From the NCBI GenBank assembly GCA_009914755.4, contig CP086569.2, forward strand, positions 2,144,001 to 2,208,000: a stretch of 64,000 nucleotides of DNA, written 5' to 3'. Every line of letters starts with the position of its first letter. Within the stretch, counting starts at the first letter, position 1. The DNA is from the human T2T-CHM13v2.0 reference genome, Homo sapiens. The translations under genes were made by a program, and so were the position numbers. The notes below the pieces were generated by a model. The model made no database searches and had not been told where the DNA came from. It saw only the letters and a program-made list of their open reading frames with translations. Shown piece after piece: positions 56,367 through 64,000 of this stretch.

Positions 56367-57269
56367 CATGAGAAAAATCCCAATAAAAGGACTTCCGTCA
56401 AAAGGCTTGCCCAGTGCTTTTCAAAGCTGTCCAGGTCATTCATCTGAATCAAGAAACGTCTGGAAAACTGTCCCAGCCAAGAGGGAACCCAGGTAGAAGT
56501 AATAACTAAACACCCTGTGGAACTGTGGGGCCTGTGAAAGGAAACTAACCCGGGCCCCGACAAGCTGGGAAGTGCCCAGGGCAAATCGGCCTCTCATTTT
56601 ATTCAAGGTCACCCCTCTGCTTACTGAGATAGACGCATATTCTAATTGCCTCCTTTGGAGAGGCTAATCAGAAACTCAAAAGAAGCAACCATATGTTTCC
56701 CACCTACCTGTGACCTGGAAGCTCCCTCTCTGCTTCCAGTTGTCCCCGCCTTTCTGGAAGGAACCAATGGACTTCTTACATATATTGATTGATGGCTCAT
56801 GTGTGCCTAAAATGTATAAAACCAAGCTGTGCCCCGACCACCTAGGGCACATGTCATCAGGACCCCATGAGGCTGTGTCACAGGTGCGCGTCCTTAACTT
56901 TGGCAAATAAACTTCCTAAAATGATTGACAATTGTCTTCTAATTTTCTTGACTGACAGACCCTGGATGGGATCCTAAACATTAGAAAAAAACTAAAGAAA
57001 TCTGAATAGGGTATGGGCTGGTTAATAGTAATGTATCAAGAGTGGTTGGTTAATTGCCACAAATGCACCGTACTAATTGAAGATGTTTATGACGGGGGTA
57101 TAAAAGAGCTCCTTGTGGTATGTTTGAAACTTTTCTGCAAATCTGAAATCATTCTGAAACAAAAAATGTAACTTAAATCGACATTAAATGTCAAATTGCA
57201 CTCTGTTAAAGAATCAAGATTAAGATTCAAGTTCCTCTCAATAAACTACAGATTAAAAACCCCTCAAAG

Positions 57270-57588
57270 GGCCGGGCACAGTGGTTCATGCCCTGTAATC
57301 CCAGCACTTTGGGAGGCTGAGGCAGGTGGATCACCTGAGGTCAGGAGTTTGAGACCAGCCTGGCCAACAAGGTGAAACCCCATCTCTACTAAAAATACAA
57401 AAATTAGCCATGTGTGGTGGTGTGTACCTGTAGTCCCAGCTACTCGGGAGGCTGAGGCAGGAGAATCGCTTGAATCCGGAGGTGGAGATTGTAGTCAGCT
57501 GAGATCGTGCCGTTGTACTCCAGCCTAGAGACAAAGCAAGACTCTGTGTCAAAACAAAAACAAAAACAAAAAACAAACAAACAAAAAC
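57270..57588 (+). mobile_element. Alu SINE
   Basis: Alu consensus. Confidence 0.9.
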
Positions 57589-58049
57589 CCTCCAACGATC
57601 TCCTCAATCTCTTCTAACTCTATGCATGAGAATCTGTAAATATTATAGCAGCAGGCAGCATTACAGAGCCCCAAAAGACCTATGTTCGTTCAACATGCCC
57701 TGATTCACTATTTCGCCCAAGGAGACTCTGATAGCAGAGGCGACATGTCAGTTCATCTTTTATTCAATGCAGAAGTGTCCCAGATTGATTCTGTCTTCAG
57801 AAACTGTGCTGACTGCAATACTCTAAAAACTGAGCCTATACCTGGGTAAGCTGGTTTTCTGTGAAACAAGTTTATAGGAGAAGCATCACAGATCACCCAG
57901 TGTTTAAAATATCACTGCATTCAAATATCATTATTTAAAAGAAATGAATACAATCATCATAATAAAAATGCAATCTTTCCAGCATGAGTTTCTGGGGAAT
58001 CTGCATATTTTTGATCCTCTTGGGTCCTGTGTCATCCTCCCTGACACGG

Positions 58050-58235
58050 AGATAACATTGTAAACGTGAGGTTTTTGAAATTACGTAAGTGATATTCTGT
58101 GAAATATCAACCATAATGATTGTATGCAGTAAGTGTTCAATAAATACTAAATGTGATTTTTGTGATGTGCGATACATGTCAACGCTTCACTTTAAAATTG
58201 GTGGAATTACTCTAATAATTATTTTCCCATGAAAA
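58050..58235 (+). repeat. Dispersed duplicate (copy 2) of the segment at 54840..55060
   Basis: See copy 1 at 54840..55060. Confidence 0.8.
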
Positions 58236-58299
58236 ATGTGGTATTTAGCACTTTTATTGGCATCTTACACACAGTGTGTCTGTTATTCCCCCAGACATT

Positions 58300-58440
58300 G
58301 TAGGTTAGTCTTCGCTTCCCTCCCATTTCCTCTCCTCTCCTCCCCTTTCCTTTTTCCTCACTCTCTTCCTCCCTTCCTCTCTCTCTCTCACCCTCTCTTT
58401 CCTTCTTTCTTCCCTCCCTCCCTCCCTTCCTTCCTTCCTT
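58300..58440. repeat. Pyrimidine-rich (TCCC/CTTC)n simple repeat
   Basis: A CT-only tract. Confidence 0.85.
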
Positions 58441-58442
58441 CT

Positions 58443-58731
<289 letters not shown>

Positions 58732-59009
58732 TGATAGAGTTATTTTTTTCTTATATTTCATCACATATCCATGCCTGGGTTACCTTCCATAGTGTTATTT
58801 TACCACAACGACAACAAAATTCCTTTAAAAATTTTTTTCTAGAAATCCATAAATACATATGTCAACAAAGTTAAGCTGTTGAGTTAAGCCTAGTTAGGTG
58901 AAGGTTTGCCTTAGAGGTAGTGTGTTTAGACTTGACTTGGGAAAAATAGACACATATTGGAGGAATCCTCTGGAATTTAAGGGCACGGAAGAATGTTGGT
59001 GATATGGTT

Positions 59010-59352
59010 TGACTGTCCCCACCCAAATCTCATCTGAATTGTAGCTCCCGTATTTCCCACGTGGTGTGGGAGGGACCAGGTGGGAGATAACTGAATCATG
59101 AGGGCGGTTTCCCCGATACTGCTCTTGTGGTAGTGAATGAGTCTCAAGAGAACTGATGGTTTTATAAGGGGAAACCCCCTTCACTTGGCTCTCATTTTCT
59201 CTTGCCTCCACCATGTAAGATGTGCCTTTCGCCTTCCACCATGACTGTGAGGCCTCCCCGTCACGTGGAACTGCGAGTCCATTAAACCTCTTTTCATGAT
59301 CAATTATCGGGTCTCCTCAGGTATGTCTTTATCAGCAGAGTGTGAACACAGT
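59010..59352 (+). mobile_element. THE1/MST-type solo LTR
   Basis: TGATATGGTTTGACTGTCCCCACCCAAATCTCATCTGAATTGTAGCTCCCGTATTTCCCACGTGGTGTGGGAGGGACCAGGTGGGAG...CAGCAGAGTGTGAACACAG. Confidence 0.85.
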
Positions 59353-60505
59353 TGGTTTCCTGGTAATTTGCAGTGATAGCCAAAGGGTCTGTGCAGTGCA
59401 TAGACACATATTTCTAGGGCAAGAGGGCAGGGGCTGTGCACACACAGATGGGTGTAGCAGGAAGAAGGTGGTGCAGGCAAGCTGAACAGTGAAAGAGGTT
59501 TTAGTGCAGGGACTCTTTACTGAAGTCTAGCCAGAATGTTAGGGAAAGCATTCAGAGATGGTGCAGAACCTGCAGGCTGGGAAACAGGAGTGCTCACCCC
59601 CAACTCGAGAATGATGGCAAAGGAAAGAGAGAGAGGCTAGAACCCAGCGAGGGAGAACTCAATGAACAACGCCACCTGACAGGTGCTAGGACACTGGATT
59701 AGAGGAGAAAGCCAATGTCAGATGGAACCCAGGGCTAAATCCCTCCAACTTTACTCTCCTCCTGTCTCCAACCTCAGTGGCAATTCCCCAGGGTCAGAAC
59801 CAAAAATGGCAGCCAGAAGGCAAGAGAACCCTATGGATGTAGTATCTGTGAGTCATCCTCAGCCTCCTTGCCTCCCCATTCCCCCTGCCACTCTCCCCTG
59901 GGTTGAGAAGGTTGGAGAAGTGTACAAAGTGGGTCAGAGAAACAAAAGGAAGAAAGTTGGCACAAGCATTCAAGAAAAGTGATAGCAGGTATAGGAGAAA
60001 GGGATGTGCCATGCTTTTGTACCATTGAAACATTTTAATAGGGGAACAAAAAACTCTAATTAGTATGTGACAAAGGAAAAACAGAAGGGACTGAGGAAGG
60101 CGGGGAGGGAGAGCGTTTATTCATTTAGCAGAGATGTCTGACTGCCAGGCGGACGCAGGACCTGAAAAACACCCAGGGACTGTAGTGAATCAAACTCAGC
60201 CCTGTTTGTTTCGAATGCACTCAACGTTAGCCCCGACTCCGGCGAGATTTCATCGTTTTGGGAAAGATTCGTTGGCATCCTCTCTAAAAGCATTTGCCCA
60301 AATATGTTTTTAGAAAGCAAGCACGTTTTTTTCCCCTTGGATCACTACATGAAAAAATACTTGGAAATAGTGCTAATATGTGAATGTAATTAATGTCACT
60401 GCATGGTACACTTAAACATGATTAACACGGGGCCCCGGATGTTTTATATATATATTATCATAATTAATACATATTACATTTTAGCATCCTTTACCTCCCT
60501 CCACG

Positions 60506-61195
60506 TATTAGTCCATTTTCATGCTGCTGATAAAGACATACCTGAGACAGGGTAATTTATTTTTTATTTTATTTATTTACTTATTTTTTTGAGACAGAAT
60601 CTCCTTCTGTTGCCCAGGCTAAAGTGCGGTGGTGCGATCTTGGCTCACTGCAACCTCCATCTCCTTTGATCAAGCGATTCTCCTACCTCAGCCTCCCTAT
60701 TAGCTGGGATTACAGGCGTGCAGCACCACGCCTGGCTAATTTTTTTATTTTTTAGTAGAGATGGGGTTTCACCATGTTGGCCAGGCTGGTCTCAAACCCC
60801 CAACCTCAGGTGATCTGCCTGCCTCGGCCTCCCAAAGTGCTGTGATTACAGGCGTGAGCCACCATGCCTGGCCAAGACTGGGTAATTTATAAAGAAAAAG
60901 AGGTTTAATGGACTCAGAGATTCACGTTGCTGGGGAGGTCTCACCGTCATGGCGGAAGGCGAAAGGGATGTCTTACATGGCAGCAGGCAAGAAAGAAAAT
61001 GAAAGTCAAGTGAAAGGGGAAACCTCTTATAAAACCATCAGATTTCATGAGACTTATTTACTACATGAGAACAGTGTGGGGGAAACCGCCCCATGATTCA
61101 ATTATCTCCCACTGGGTACCTCCCACAATAAATGGGTATTATGGGAGCTATAATTCAAGATGAGATTTAGCTGGGGACACAGCCAAACCATATCA
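60506..61195 (-). mobile_element. THE1/MST-type LTR with a nested minus-strand Alu (60561..60872; target-site duplication GGGTAATTTAT)
   Basis: The reverse complement of the THE1 consensus ends CAAACCATATCA, and the other end reads GTATTAGTCCATTTTCATGCTGCTGATAAAGACATACCTGAGACAGGGTAATTTAT. Confidence 0.85.
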
Positions 61196-61877
61196 CCCCC
61201 AAAACACAAGACACACAAATGCATAGACACAAACAGACACACACACACTCAAGGATTTAATGATTCTATTTTTTGAATGTGTGTTTACTTAAACTATACT
61301 ATTAATCTTCATACAAACTAAATTTGTTCTCACCTTTTCTGGAAGAATCACATGATCAAAGATTTGAGTTCTCCATGAGAGAATGGGGGGAAGAATTCAC
61401 ACCACAATTCCCAGCCTAATATCAGAATATCAGACATCCAACTAGAAGCTAAGGTGCTTTTCCTGAGGCAGTTTAGTCATGAATGGATGTTTGTTTGTTG
61501 TCGTGTTTATATATAGCTTCTACCCTACTTTATTCTAAAATGGCCATGGCATTGATAGCTGAAAATAATGTCTGAACCTCTTTAAAAAAAATGTCTTTCC
61601 AAGTTTTAAATGCATTTACAGCCCAAGGATTGCAAGATTCTTGTGAATTGGTTTGGCAAAGATTCCCCCAGGCATTGCACCGTCATGGCTGGGTCACCTT
61701 CCAGAGTGCTGTTTTCAAATCATTGGTTTTCTTCTACAATTTTTCTTCTAAAAATCTATAAACATATGTTACCATATGTCAACAAAGTTAAGCCATTTAG
61801 TTAGGCCAATTAGGTAAAGCTTTGTATTGGCAGCAGTATCACTACAGGTGATTGGGGAATAGGTGAGAATTGGATAG

Positions 61878-62300
<423 letters not shown>

Positions 62301-62353
62301 TAATGGTGCTTTCCAAATGTTTCCTCTGCATGGCTGTATATCTATTGAGGCTA

Positions 62354-63317
<964 letters not shown>

Positions 63318-63319
63318 AA

Positions 63320-63672
63320 TAAAATCATATCTTTTGCAGCAACATGAATAGAGCTGGAGTCCATAATCCTGTCAATTAATGCTGAAACAGAAAACCAAAT
63401 ACCACATATTCTTATTTATAAGGGTGGGGCTAAGCATTGCGTACACGTGGACTTATGTCATGGGAAGAGCAGTCACTGGGGAATACAAGTGGGGGTAGAG
63501 AATAGGAGGATAAGGGTTGAAAAAGCTCCTTTTGGGCACTATGCTCACTACCTGGGTGACGGTTTCATCTGTACGCCAAATCTCAGCATCACACAATATA
63601 CCTTTATAACAAACCTGCACAGGTACCCACTGATTCTAAAATAAAAGTTGAAAAACAATTAAAAAAATAAAG
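63320..63672 (+). mobile_element. L1 3'-end fragment
   Basis: TCTTTTGCAGCAACATGAATAGAGCTGGAG...AAACCTGCACAGGTACCCACTGATTCTAAAATAAAAGTT matches the L1 3' terminus. Confidence 0.8.
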
Positions 63673-63808
63673 TGGTGCTTGCCACTCTTGGAACAGGCCT
63701 TGGTCCAGTCTGAACCAGCCTTTGCAAATGAATTGGTAGAGACGCAAAGTTTCTACTCTAAATAGGTCAATAATGCCTTCTGGAATTGTAAGAAATAAGG
63801 AAATTCTC

Positions 63809-64000
63809 GGCCGGGTGTCATGGCTCACGCCTGTAATCCCAGTACTTTGGGAGGCCAAGGCGGGCGGATCACAAGGTCAGGAGTTTGAGACCAGCCTGGC
63901 CAACATAGTGAAACCCCATCTCTACTAAAAAAAATACAAAAATTAGCTGGGTGTGGTGGTGCGCACCTGTAGTCCCAGCTACTCAGGAGACTGAGGCAGG
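63809..64000 (+). mobile_element. Alu SINE, truncated by the window end
   Basis: Alu consensus. Confidence 0.9.

Overview
This window is primate (almost certainly human) nuclear DNA, not a prokaryotic locus. Alu SINEs make up roughly 30% of the sequence (about 70 copies). L1 3' fragments, MaLR/THE1-type LTRs and many minisatellites account for most of the rest. Two protein-coding genes are recognisable, both on the minus strand. The first is an intact 694-aa single-exon ORF at 21379..23463 that I recognise as ZBED1, a domesticated hAT transposase with an N-terminal BED zinc finger and a C-terminal hAT dimerisation region. The second is the first coding exon of DHRSX (MSPLSAARAALRVYAVGAAVILAQLLRRCRGGFLEP, ATG at 33672), embedded in a dense CpG island at about 33000..33800 that is the shared DHRSX/ZBED1 promoter. 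That pairing places the window in the X/Y pseudoautosomal region 1. Positions 1..33563 lie in DHRSX intron 1, with ZBED1 nested inside it. Positions 33800 to the end are intergenic on the CD99-proximal side. Everything else on the ORF track is a repeat or GC-composition artefact: Alu-derived, minisatellite-derived, GGAA-repeat-derived or proline-rich GC-rich ORFs. The structural points that stand out are listed here. (1) An Alu-bounded tandem triplication of a roughly 4.2..5.5 kb unit at 1..14403, each copy carrying a 50-bp-unit minisatellite of 27..32 repeats. (2) A roughly 560-bp GGAA microsatellite just past the inferred ZBED1 3' end. (3) A GC-rich roughly 31-bp minisatellite of about 3 kb directly abutting the promoter CpG island. 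(4) An AT-rich roughly 57-bp minisatellite of about 2.1 kb. (5) A 1.1-kb imperfect ATC/ACC-type repeat. I found no tRNA or rRNA genes, no CRISPR array and no operon-like gene cluster. I see no evidence of an undescribed system; the supportable findings are the gene architecture and the repeat/VNTR structure.
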